Part shown: piece by piece, positions 11,570 to 54,575 of the stretch
Layout of the letters: every line of letters begins with the position of its first letter
How positions within the stretch are numbered: the first letter of the stretch is position 1
Notes under the pieces: generated by a model
Told to the model about the DNA's origin: nothing
The model's input: only the letters and a program-made list of their open reading frames with translations
Databases searched by the model: none
Assembly: GCF_031769215.1 (NCBI RefSeq)
Contig: NW_026782009.1
Span: 744,001 to 808,000 of the forward strand
Length of the DNA: 64,000 nt
Direction: 5' to 3'
Source: Ylistrum balloti
Taxonomy: Eukaryota
Made by a program: the position numbers and the translations under genes

Positions 11570-12678
11570 ACGTCCAGGGAAAAAAACTACTGTGTACAGG
11601 GAATAGAGCTACTGTGTCCAGGGAAAAAATACTGTGTCCAGGGAAAAAACTAGTGTCCAGGGAAAAAGCTACTTTGTCTAGGGCAAAAACTAATGTGTCC
11701 AGGGAAAAAACTATCGTGTCCAGGGAATAGAGCTACTGTGTCCAGGGAAAAAATACTGTGTCCAGGAAAAAAAACTACAGTGTCCAGGGAAAAAGCTACT
11801 GTGACCCGGGAAAAAGCTACTTTGTCCAGGGAAAAAACTATCGTGTCCAGGGAAAAAACTACTGTGTTCAGGGAAAAAGCTACTGTGTCAAGGGAAAAAC
11901 TACTGTGTCTAGGGAAAAAGCTACTGTGTCCATGGAAAAAGCTACTGTGTCCCGGGAAAAAGTTACTTTGTCCCGGAAAAAAGCTACTTTGTCCAGGGAA
12001 AAAGTTACAGTGTCCAGGGAAAAAACTACTGTGTCCATGGAAAAAACTATTGTGTCCAGGGGAAAAACTACAGTGTCCAGGGTAAAAACTATTGTGTCCC
12101 GGGAAAAACTACAGTGTCCAGGGGAAAAAGCTACTGTGTCCAGGGAAAAAAACTACTGTGTCCCGGGAGAAAGCTACTTTGTCCAGGGGAAAAACTACAG
12201 TGTCCAGTGAAAAAAATCTCCAGGGAAAAAGCTACTGTGTCCAGGGAAAAACTACTGTGTCTTGGGAAAAAGCTACTGTGTCCAGGGAAAAAAACTACTG
12301 TGTCACGGGAGAAAGCTACTTTGTCCAGGGGAAAAACTACAGTGTCCAGTGAAAAAACTATCGTGTCCAGGGAAAAAACTACTGTGTTCAGGGAAAAAGC
12401 TACTGTGTCCAGGGAAAAACTACTGTGTCTAGGGAAAAAGCTACTGTGTCCAGGGAAAAAAACTACTGTGTCCATGGAAAAAGCTACTGTGTCTCGGGAA
12501 AATGTTACTTTGTCCCGGAAAAAAGCTACTTTGTCCAGGGAAAAAGCTACAGTGTCCAGGGAAAAAACTACTGTGTCCAGTGAAAAAACTATTGTGTCCA
12601 GGGGAAAACTACAGTGTCCAGGGAATAGAGCTACTGTGTCCAGGGTAAAAATCTACTGTGTCCAGGGAAAAAGCTACT
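11570..12678. repeat. ~21-22-bp degenerate minisatellite (~50 units)
   Basis: tgtccagggaaaaagctactg and variants. Source of the spurious ORFs at 11500-12680. Confidence 0.95.
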
Positions 12679-13019
12679 GAGTGATAGCAAACAAAAATGA
12701 AACCAATCTTGTATAGAATTATAAGATGGTCATACAACCAATATAAAATAGTAAATATAATTTCTGGTATCTTGTTGTAGGATAATAAAAATCACAAAAC
12801 ATTGCAATCCATACATCATTTTCATAACAGATTTGACATCAGTGACATTCACACTAATAATATAGAAAGTCACATTGGCAATGCTTTCCCCTATAAAAGT
12901 GATACATAATATGTCTATGTGCCAGACAGGAATCCCATGGCCTCCTCAACACTACCTGGTAATTGATATTAAATGAATCATCAGCAGACAAACAACATCA
13001 CTTGTTAGCAATTAGCTCC

Positions 13020-14374
13020 TGTAATAACCTGTATAGGACAACAAAAACAGGATAGATACCTCCTACAATAACCTGGAGAGGACAACAAAAACAGGATAGA
13101 TACCTCCTACAATAACCTGGAGAGGACAACAAAGACAGGATAGATACCTCCTACAGTAACCTGGAGAGGACAACAAAGACAGGATAGATACCTCCTACAG
13201 TAACCTGGAGAGGACAACAAAGATGGAATAGATACCTCCTACAATAACATGGAGAGGATAACAAAGAGAGGATAGATACCTCCTACAGTAACCTGGAGAG
13301 GACAACAAAGATGGAATAGATACCTCCTACAATAACCTGGAGAGGACAACAAAGATGGAATAGATACCTCCTACAATAACATGGAGAGGATAACAAAGAG
13401 AGGATAGATACCTCCTACAGTAACCTGGAGAGGACAACAAAGATGGAATAGATACCTCCTACAATAACCTGGAGAGGACAACAAAGACAGGATAGATACC
13501 TCCTACAGTAACCTGGAGAGGACAACAAAGATGGAATAGATACCTCCTACAGTAACCTGGAGAGGACAACAAAGATGGAATAGATACCTCCTACAATAAC
13601 CTGGAGAGGACAACAAAGACAGGATAGATACCTCCTACAGTAACCTGGAGAGGACAACAAAGACAGAATAGATACCTCCTACAATAACCTGGAGAGGATA
13701 ACAAAGACAAAATAGATACCTCCTACAGTAACCTGGAGAGGACAACAAAGATGGAATAGATACCTCCTACAATAACCTGGAGAGGACAACAAAGACAGGA
13801 TAGATACCTCCTACAGTAACCTGGAGAGGACAACAAAGACAGAATAGATACCTCCTACAATAACCTGGAGAGGATAACAAAGACAGAATAGATACCTCCT
13901 ACAGTAACCTGGAGAGGATAACAAAGACAGGATAGATACCTCCTACAGTAACCTGGAGAGGACAACAAAGACGGGATAGATACCTCCTACAATAACCTGG
14001 AGAGGACAACAAAGACAGAATAGATACCTCCTACAATAACCTGGAGAGGACAACAAAGACGGGATAGATACCTCCTACAATAACCTGGAGAGGACAACAA
14101 AGACAGAATAGATACCTCCTACAGTAACCTGGAGAGGATAACAAAGACAGAATAGATACCTCCTACAACAACCTGGAGAGGACAACAAAGACGGGATAGA
14201 TACCTCCTACAATAACCTGGAGAGGACAACAAAGACAGGATAGATACCTCCTACAGTAACCTGGAGAGGATAACAAAGACAGAATAGATACCTCCTACAG
14301 TAACCTGGAGAGGACAACAAAGACGGGATAGATACCTCCTACAGTAACCTGGAGAGGATAACAAAGACAGGATA
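13020..14374. repeat. 44-bp minisatellite (~30 units)
   Basis: aggatagatacctcctacaataacctggagaggacaacaaagac; period 44 (13081 to 13125). Confidence 0.95.
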
Positions 14375-17189
14375 TTTGTTACATCTGTTATTTACATGAA
14401 CAATAAAAAATGGATACATATCAGGCAGATGTAGCGGGTGGTGTTGTGCCAAAAAAAACCAAAACCGCTGGGTTCTTTCAATGTTTAATCGATGTAAAAT
14501 AGACATTAACATGTATTATGCGCTAACGTACAAGTCATATATAAGTTTGCAACCTTCCACAATATCATCTTATCCATCATTTATAGTAGAACATAAAGAC
14601 AAACCCCGAGGAACCTGACATTTTACATCCGTCTAACCCACAAGCCAGGATTCAATTGTATCACGATATAGTAAAAGACAAAAGATGTATACCCAGGAGA
14701 AACTTTCAACCAATCAAACACCTTCATCAAAGTCAGTTAAATGTCTTGTGTCCAGTCGGTCAGTGAACACTACTCATGTACACAAGTACATACATATACA
14801 CTACACAAAGGGACGCACTCGCCAATACGTGACACTAACGATGTGTTCGCAATGATAAATATTACACATGTACATAATCAGTACATATATATATATATAT
14901 ATACTACAATACAAAAAATAGATACTACATGAATCAGTACCAATATACAAAACATGACCCTATTACACAGATATGTTGACAAAACTCTTGTATTTATGAC
15001 AAAGATAAAAAATTCATTTACTTCCTTGCCAATATCTCTCTATTCAATTGTTAAGTCTTAGAATCATCTCCTTTTTCTGGTATAACTGGATATAAGTTCA
15101 TAAATCCAGGGTTCAACTCCTGTCAAACACTGATAAAAAGGAATGTGTTTTCCCTTCTTCCATACAATATCAGATCTATAATGGTTTTCTATGTACCAGT
15201 AAACAACCCCCTCCTTCATTCCTTCCACCTGTTTACACTTGTATCTGATTACAGATGGCATGTAACATGTACAATCCCTACCACATGGCTTAATGATGGA
15301 ATGATCAACAAGTGTGTCAGAAACAGTCAAACATAATAAATAACAGGCTCAGGTCATGTGACAAAAATATCCTGCCACATCATCATACACTAGAAATGTT
15401 TGTTTCTGGTAAAAACAACAATGGTGCTCACATTTCAATAACTCGCAAAACAGGAGAAATCTAAATTATGATTTGGTCTCAATTCATGACGACAGCTTGT
15501 ATATTTTTGTATGTAGAATGGCATTACATATCTTTTGACATTTGAGAAAGAACAGGAACAGAAGAGAGCAGCACATTAGAGTATCAGAATACACGGCCCT
15601 TCCTTTTTTCATCTACAACGTCAGCATCACCCAGAAATGTCGTCATATGATATCATACATACACTAACTAAGCTACCCAGATCTGTATATACACTGTGTT
15701 TATCACACTGAAACAAACAATGACACCATCTTACATCATAAGGCACCTTGACTTTGGATACGAAAGGTCATATCTAAATGGATGTAAATACATCTTACAT
15801 GTAATAACAAATGTTACCTGATATCTTTCCTACTCATAAGACAATTGCAGTTTTTTTTCACATGGATCAAATCATTTTTCCGTCTGCACAAAACATGGTT
15901 GAGTCACCTAAGTCTGTGAATGCCAATGAAGAACAGTTACAGAATATTGGACATGATATCGGGTTTGAAAAAAATACTTTGCTAGGATAAAATTGCTGTT
16001 TTCAGGGGTTGTCACCAGTTGCAACAATTTACTATATCATAATATATGACTGATGGCAATTTATATTTCATATCAAATAAAAGGATGTCAAAGGTTGCAT
16101 CGTCTAAGAGGAAAAATTGACAATATCATAACAATGACTGTAGCAGTATGAACAGTCATCAGATCAGAAATTAGTGATGACAGACACAACGTAGAGTCAT
16201 GCATAATGACAAGAATATTTTCATGGTTATAATATAAATTGTAACGATATACTGGTATGTGACTTGAAGACAAGTTGGATTTGATATTGACAACTATATA
16301 AGGTGGTACATTTTATCATTCATTCCAGGGACTATAAAACTCAATAACATTCCATGTTTCTCTCTATCACAACTTCACTCCAGTATTCACCACACTAATC
16401 CAAAACACGATTAAATGCATTCAAATTTTGCCTAGCTACCAAACTGCAAATACCTACAGTGCTGTGATTTAAGCCTAAATTGCAAATACCCTATAATATG
16501 ACATCACTGCGGTTTGTGCAAGGATGCACGTAATGCCTGTAGATCTGGGCTGCACAGCGAGTTATAATTCTATATGTGACTAACAACCTAGTATCTTTTA
16601 TATATATTCTATGATGCAAATGTTTATGAAATAAGCCACTTTATCATCTCTTTAAGAAAGTGGCTGTTCTGGGTGTAATCTATGCAGTAAACACAGGCTT
16701 ACATTCCAGTCTTGTAAAAGAATGCCATAAAATTCCACATTTAGATCATAGATCCATGCATATGAGGAATCCTTTAGCAACAATGAAAGGAACTGGAGTC
16801 ATCTCACTCTTACCACAAACATAACTTACCTAATATTCTTAGGTTTAAAATCAGAGCCTGTTAACCAGGAAGGCAATTTAATCTTTGACCAGGTCTCAAA
16901 TTGAAGTATATGGTGTTACACGTACACTCAGTGTTGTAGATTACCTCCTGTGTTTTATTTCTTTTATACTGACAATGACATAACCAACCATACATTATGT
17001 AAACACACTCCTATATGCTATAGGGTTAGATATCAAATGAATTACAAATAATTTCTAGTGTGTTTTCATTTCACCATTTAAAATTTGACACTACTAAACA
17101 TCATGGGAAAAAATAACATCAGCAAATCACAAATGAAAAATACATACATACACACTGTAATTTTGTCAACAGTGAAAATTAATGGAAAG

Positions 17190-17324
17190 TGTAGCAGAAC
17201 TGGACTGGGTCAATTGTTTAACATCAGCAACCAGGCAACTCAATTGGTAGAGCATCTGTCTAGAGTTTAGACGGTCCTGAGTTTGAACCCAGGTCTGATC
17301 ATGCATTTTCCCGCTCCTGTTACA
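17190..17324 (+). mobile_element. 135-bp TG...CA element containing a tRNA-like A/B-box region (Helenus-type solo LTR or tRNA-SINE remnant)
   Basis: Starts TGTAGCAG and ends CTGTTACA (7/8 inverted). Internal A-box-like caactcaattggtagagc and B-box-like gagtttgaaccc. No target-site duplication visible. Confidence 0.55.
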
Positions 17325-20078
17325 GACCTAATACTTAATTGTACTAGTAAAAGGGCTACCCATGTAAGCAGTGAAGAACATTTCAATGGAATCAAATGAT
17401 GCATTTATTTATAATCAGTCAAAAATAAGTTTGACCTATTGACACACAAGAGAGTATGATATCAATATATGAACATAATGGTAAAACTCACCCCCCAACC
17501 CTTTATCTCTCCTGTTTCAGCTCTAAAACTCACATAATGTTAATATGACTGAGCCCATACTGTCTGTTTAAGAAGTTTATTGGTGTGTGGACGTACAGAT
17601 GTATGTCCTAGAGATCGACTGTTTAATACAATTTCTTACCAGCTTTTATAGAGATGGACAAGGAAAATAAATGTTACATTATATAAGAAATTACATGCAC
17701 CGCGCCAACATGTTAGATATACATATAAAAAACATGTACTAATATAAGATTGGAGTACTTAATAAGGATTACATATTTAGTATGCAGGTAACCAGGTTAA
17801 TTTGACATATAATGACCAAAGGCTAAATAGGTAATTACCATAGGATCGTCAACTAGACACAAACCTACATGTGTGACATGTGTATATCCTTAGGACATAT
17901 TGAACAGAATGATATTAATAAAGAATTTATTACATGTTCCAAAGTATTTAATTATAAAATACCAAATTATGCTTCACATGGCCCGATGACCCTGGTTTTG
18001 TTATGCACATACACATGAGGTAAGATGACAAAGCTTATCATGGTCCCTACTAAGTATTAATAAGATAGGGAAAGGCAAATTATATATATTCATATAGACA
18101 AGGTCATCATCCTTTTTGGGAGTGGACATCAGTGACATTGAAATTTAGGAAGAATCTGTGTCACAGATTACACTAATGTTACCATATACAGATACAATTA
18201 ATATATTGTACTGGGATTTTACAACATTACACATTCATGTGTTCAAATGCCAGTAGCTTTGAATAATAAGATATTTTAGTATCTTATTCCCTTAAGTGTA
18301 ACACTTCAGTGAATGAACCCCTATACCATAGGACATATTAAGACAAAAGAGTTGTTTTTGCTCCATACAACATTTATCAAGATGTTTGTACCATTCTAGT
18401 CATAAAACCTTAAAACAAATTACATATCCTAGTTTAATAAATTGGTTGCTAGTAACAGAACAGATAGAAAATTAATTATTTATTTGCTTTATTTACCTTC
18501 CAACACCACTGCCATGTAAAATGTGCTGGACCACTAAAAAGTATTGAGGAGTGTTGTCTATGATCGCTGCAAGAATATATGGAGACAACACCAACATTAT
18601 ACCCCCTTACTGTGACAATGTGCAAATTTAATATGGTTTTCACCCATGCTAACATGCTTTCCAATAAACTCACATTCTAATTCACATAAAACTCAGTATG
18701 GCACTAGAAGAAACTGAAGTTAGTAACAGGGACTTTCCAAAATTACAGTATGCATACATCACCTGTAACATCTCTGAATCAAAGTTCTTATAGAAATCCC
18801 ATTTCTTTTACTAAAACATTGAACATGCTCAAATAACAAATCACATCAATGTAAGATGAATGAGATAATTATGTCATGCATCAAAAAGTTGGTAAAGAAA
18901 AAGGAGATAGTAGTAAAGGCTTAGTGAATTATCAAACTTTGCTTTTTATACAAAAAATTAAATAAGTGAAAAACAGGCCATTTGATTACTGGATTAATAC
19001 AACTCAATTAAAACAGCTGAAACATCAATTTCAAATGCATTTCCAACCACTTTCACAGGAAAAAGGAACATTGCTAAAACACCACCAAAAAGTTGGGAAT
19101 TCAAAAATACTGCACAATATTTAACAATATATGCATGCTAAAATAACTTTCCAGATAGATAAATCTGACTCTAGCTATTTTTTTAACATTATAAGGTCTC
19201 TGGTTATCATGTATTCGAGTTGATGATGAAGATAAGATTTTTGTAAATTTAATTGGTTTAGGTAACCAGTGACAGCCAGTTTGGCATAAATCAACATGTG
19301 CAACCAGAAATGTCTGCTGCAGCAATGCCTACATAGACTCATTCAGAATATAAATTATCCCATTATAGAGCAACATAATTCTGAGTTGGAGGGAAATACT
19401 TGTGTCTTGACTTTTCTAAGTACATATTGAATGTGAATTATTGACAAATAGAAAATTACACATACAAATAAAAAAGAAACTTAAACAAGTAATCATTATC
19501 ACAATTTTGAACACCACTCAAAGTCTCTCACAGATTAATCTTGAAAACTGACCATGCTGACAATGCTTTTGTGGACTCTCAAATCTTTTAAATGAAAACA
19601 ATTGGAAAAAGATTATAATATACAAGGCTTCTAGTCAGGTGGTATATCATCTGATGTTGTTGTGCCATTGTGAATATTCTCAGCTTTTGTATAATCTTAT
19701 TATCTATATATCTTTCTTTCTATTCACACTGTTAGTTATATTGCAACACTAAATACAACAAACATATGATTTCCGACACGAAATTACATCTGTTGGTGAA
19801 CTATATATTCAAAATTGCGGTTGTCAAAATACTTCTACAAATGTATTTCCTTCATATAAATTAATTTACGATAATAAATTCAGAAGATCTATATTATACA
19901 TATTTATTATTTATTGTTACTACAAATGCATTTTAAAGAAGTAAAATTATCATCGTGAAAATGACTTACAACAGAGCATGATTTACGGAATGACAGCTGA
20001 GCCTTAACCGATTTTTTTTCACAGCTGAAACGGTTTGGGAAATGTTTACTGTTAGTAATCGAGTTACTTAGTACCTAC

Positions 20079-20250
20079 CTTCACTGTTTTAAGCAACAAG
20101 TAGCCTTTATCCCTTCAGTACGTTAATTTGCGTTCTTCTGTCACACAGTCACTTATGCGCACTAGATTAAGAGTCAGCTGTTTCACTGTAAACAAACGTA
20201 CGTAGACTATCTCAGGCTCATTGTCTGCAACTTCCTGTGGTAGCTGTTTG
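20079..20250 (-). other. Probable non-coding first exon of NT5C2
   Basis: Minus-strand donor GAAG|GTAGGT at 20078, inside a CpG-enriched stretch next to the SNRNP200 start. The upper (TSS) boundary is a guess. Confidence 0.55.
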
Positions 20251-20569
20251 ATTCGGTATACCTCGGAATGCTTCTTCGTGTGGAACGTACATCAAAATTA
20301 TTCCGAAAGTGTTTCCAATATATAAGTTTATAATATTCTGGGTTGTTTTATGGCTCAAATTAATATGCATATCAAGTAATTAACTACTAATAAAACTAAT
20401 TATTGAAAATAGTGGAGGTAACTATTTTTTTAACATTTTTTTTAAATTTCGTACATTTACTGCGGTCCTGCTATTTACAACGCAGTGAAAACGCCATGCG
20501 ATCGACAAACCGCTCGTGAACAAATGAACACTGCTGTAAACTGAACATAAGAACACAAGTTAGCAAGAC
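20079..20569. promoter_or_regulatory. Probable bidirectional promoter between NT5C2 (-) and SNRNP200 (+)
   Basis: Divergent genes within ~500 bp. CpG-enriched flanks surround an A/T-rich core (about 20330-20450). ETS-type ACTTCCTG at 20230-20237; YY1-like CGCCAT at 20492-20497. Confidence 0.6.
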
Positions 20570-50765
<30,196 letters not shown>

Positions 50766-51030
50766 ACATAACAGTCACTCAGATCCAGTTGAACACTTAA
50801 TCAACGCTTGATCATAATGGATGTGCTTAAGAGACAGACACAGTATAGGCATTGCCGTGTAGAAACGGGCATTGTCAACAATTGTTTTGTATGTTGTTGT
50901 ATTTCCTTTGTGTTGAACAGAACAGCATAATTGGAATTTAATTGACTGTGGAAAATGCATAGCATTTCATTTTCTGACCATGATTTCACAGAGTGATTTG
51001 AATCTAAGAGAGACTAATCAGTGTGCGGCT

Positions 51031-51036
51031 AATAAA
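51031..51036 (+). terminator. Candidate polyadenylation signal for SNRNP200 (proximal)
   Basis: AATAAA about 265 nt after the stop codon. Confidence 0.35.
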
Positions 51037-51519
51037 AGGCATGGCTGATTGATGGTAAAAACCTGTATACTACAGGATATCGTGTTGCTCAGTAGGAATA
51101 CAGTTATATAACAGAGAAGGCTATAAGTAATTGGAGTAGTTTAAACCACTGAAAAAAAATTACATTCAGGAAAATAAGGGAATATGAAATATTGAATGAG
51201 GAAGGACAGTGTTCTCTTAGTATATAAACCAAAATAAGATTTATTTTTATCTTTCATCATAGATCTGTTTCATACACGCAAATGATTAATTATCTCATCT
51301 TTACCATATCATCTGAAAATGTTATCAACTGACTTCTTGATGTTCTATGTTATTATGATGACAAGTGACCAAGGTCACAACTGTTAAAGAAACTGATTTT
51401 ATTCTGAAACATAACAGCAGTGCAAGTAATCATGTATCTGCCTAATTATACCTATTTAGGTATATTATGTATCTGTCACAAAATTGTCATTGAGAACATC
51501 ATGTTTACATTTCAACCTC

Positions 51520-51525
51520 AATAAA
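51520..51525 (+). terminator. Candidate polyadenylation signal for SNRNP200 (distal)
   Basis: AATAAA followed by a T/GT-rich tract (ctctttgtattattg). Confidence 0.45.
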
Positions 51526-51595
51526 ACTATACATGTCAGCTCTTTGTATTATTGAATTATTTATCTATCTATTTCTTGATGTTAAATCAATCTTA

Positions 51596-51960
51596 TTAGC
51601 TCACCTGGCCCAAAGGATATGGCATCCAGCGTCCGTCTGGCGTCAACTTTTCACTTCAAACAACTTCTCAATACCTGAAAGGCTCAGAGTACTGATATTT
51701 AGCCTGTAACATGCTGGGAAGAAGTGCTACCAAGTCTGTTGAAATGTGTTAATAAATCTTTAAACAAATTCTTCTAAGTAAGGGAAAGTCTGACTCAGTA
51801 ATGGAAAGGCCAAGGGTAATGATATTGGGCTTTGCATATTTGGGGAAAAGGATTCGCTGAAGGTCATCAATTTGTTTTAAACAATGGATCTTGTCCCCTT
51901 GAGGTGAGGCTTATGCAATTGCTCTTCAATTCTTGTTTTTGAGTTGATAATGGTTCATTT
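51596..51960 (+). mobile_element. Probable non-autonomous element fragment
   Basis: Starts ttagctcacctggcccaaagg followed by cgtccgtctggcgtcaac, an end motif I recall from abundant bivalve Helentron-associated elements. The right boundary is approximate. Confidence 0.4.
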
Positions 51961-52170
51961 GTATGGAAATGATATGAAATTTTTCGAAGCAGACAGTCTT
52001 GCCACTGTCCAGTTATGCAGTAAATATCTCTATCAAAGCAGAATTTCTCGCATGAGTTGGCTACATCTCAGACTCAGTTGTCTGAGTAGACATTCTCCTG
52101 TGTGTTAGCTGTATTCCTTGCTCTGTTATTTAAGCAGAAATTCACCAGTGTAATGGCGACATTTCAGAAT

Positions 52171-54575
52171 GTTGTCTGGGGAGCAGACCTCCTTCATTGT
52201 GTTTTCTGTGTCTCAGGCTCCGTTGTCTGGGGAGCAGACCTCCTTCATTGTGTTTTCTGTGTCTCAGGCTCGGTTGTCTGGGGAGCAGACCTCCTTCAAT
52301 GTGTTTTCTGTGTCTCAGGCTCGGTTGTCTGGGGAGCAGACCTCCTTCAATGTGTTTTCTGTGTCTCAGGCTCCGTTGTCTGGGGAGCAGACCTCCTTCA
52401 TTGTGTTTTCTGTGCAGGCTCCCTTGTCTGGGGAGCAGACCTCCTTCATTGTGTTTTCTGTGTCTCAGGCTCCGTTGTCTGGGGAGCAGACCTCCTTCAT
52501 TGTGTTTTCTGTGTCTCAGGCTCCGTTGTCTGGGGAGCAGACCTCCTTCATTGTGTTTTCTGTGTTTCAGGCTCTGTTGTCTGAGGAGAGGACCTCCTTC
52601 AATGTGTTTTCTGTGTCACAGGCTCTGTTGTTTGAGGAGAGGACCTCTGTTGGGGAGCATACCATCTGCATTGTGTTGGCTGTATCTCAGACTCTGTTGT
52701 GTTCCTTCACTGTGTTGGCTGTATCTCAGGCTCCGTTGTCTGGGGAGCAGACCTCCTTCATTGTGTTTTCTGTGTCTCAGGCTCCGTTGTCTGGGGAGCA
52801 GACCTCCTTCATTGTGTTTTCTGTGTTTCAGGCTCCGTTGTCTGGGGAGCAGACCTCCTTCAATGTGTTTTCTGTGTCTCAGGCTCCGTTGTCTGGGGAG
52901 CAGACCTCCTTCAATGTGTTTTCTGTGTCTCAGACTCCGTTGTCTGGGGAGCAGACCTCCTTCAATGTGTTTTCTGTGTCTCAGGCTCCGTTGTCTGGGG
53001 AGCAGACCTCCTTCATTGTGTTTTCTGTGTTTCAGACTCTGTTGTCTGGGGAGCAGACCTCCTTCATTGTGTTTTCTGTGCAGGCTCCCTTGTCTGGGGA
53101 GCAGACCTCCTTCATTGTGTTTTCTGTGTCTCAGGCTCCGTTGTCTGGGGAGCAGACCTCCTTCATTGTGTTTTCTGTGTCTCAGGCTCCGTTGTCTGGG
53201 GAGCAGACCTCCTTCATTGTGTTTTCTGTGTTTCAGGCTCTGTTGTCTGAGGAGAGGACCTCCTTCAATGTGTTTTCTGTGTCACAGGCTCTGTTGTTTG
53301 AGGAGAGGACCTCTGTTGGGGAGCATACCATCTGCATTGTGTTGGCTGTATCTCAGACTCTGTTGTGTGAGGAGAGGACCTCCTTCACTGTGTTGGCTGT
53401 ATCTCAGGCTCCGTTGTCTGGGGAGCAGACCTCCTTCATTGTGTTTTCTGTGTCTCAGACTCCGTTGTCTGGGGAGCAGACCTCCTTCATTGTGTTTTCT
53501 GTGTCTCAGGCTCGGTTGTCTGGGGAGCAGACCTCCTTCATTGTGTTTTCTGTGCAGGCTCCCTTGTCTGGGGAGCAGACCTCCTTCATTGTGTTTTCTG
53601 TGTCTCATGGGGAGCAGACCTCCTTCATTGTGTTTTCTGTGTCTCAGGCTCCGTTGTCTGGGGAGCAGACCTCCTTCATTGTGTTTTCTGTGTTTCAGGC
53701 TCCGTTGTCTGGGGAGCAGACCTCCTTCAATGTGTTTTCTGTGTCTCAGACTCCGTTGTCTGGGGAGCAGACCTCCTTCAATGTGTTTTCTGTGTCTCAG
53801 ACTCTGTTGTCTGAGGAGCATACATTCATTGTGTTGGCTGTATCTCAGACTCTGTTGTGTGAGGAGAGGACCTCCTTCACTGTGTTGGCTGTATCTCAGG
53901 CTCTGTTGTGTGAGGAGAGGACCTCCTTCACTGTGTTGGCTGTATCTCAGACTCTGTTGTGTGTGGAGAGGACCTCCTTCACTGTGTTGGCTGTATCTCA
54001 GGCTCTCTTGTTTGAGGAGAGGACCTCCTTCAGTGTGTTGGTTATTTTATAGGCTCTGTTGTTTGAGGAGAGGACCTCCTTCAGTGTGTTAGCTGTATCT
54101 CAGACTCTGTTGTGTGAGGAGGGGACCTCCTTCACTGTGTTGGCTGTATCACAGGCTCTGTTGTCTGAGGAGAGGACCTCCTTCAGTGTGTTGGTTATTT
54201 TATAGGCTCTGTTGTTTGAGGAGAGGACCTCTTTCAGTGTGTTGGCTGTATCTCAGACTCTGTTGTGTGAGGAGGGGACCTCCTTCAGTGTGTTGGCCAT
54301 TTCACAGGCTCTGTTGTCTGAGGAGGGGACCTCCTTCCGTATGCTGGCTGTTTCTCAGGCTCTGTTGTCTTAAGAACAGATCTCCTTCAGTGTGCTGGCT
54401 GTTTCTCAGGCTCTGTTGTCTTAAGAACAGATCTCCTTCAGTGTGCTGGCTGTTTCTCAGGCTCTGTTGTCTTAAGAACAGATCTCCTTCAGTGTGCTGG
54501 CTGTTTCTCAGGCTCTGTTGTCTTAAGAACAGATCTCCTTCAGTGTGCTGGCTGTTTCTCAGGCTCTGTTGTTTG
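52171..54575. repeat. 51-bp minisatellite (~47 units) with higher-order blocks and 5'-to-3' sequence drift
   Basis: gttgtctggggagcagacctccttcattgtgttttctgtgtctcaggctcc. The 17-codon period explains the 627-aa and 631-aa ORFs. Confidence 0.95.

Noticed and set aside
11500-12680. Cluster of Lys/Cys/Pro-rich ORFs
   Set aside because: By-product of the ~22-bp minisatellite; overlapping ORFs in all frames.
17231-17300. Functional tRNA gene
   Set aside because: A and B boxes are degenerate, I could not form a complete cloverleaf, and it is embedded in a TG...CA element.
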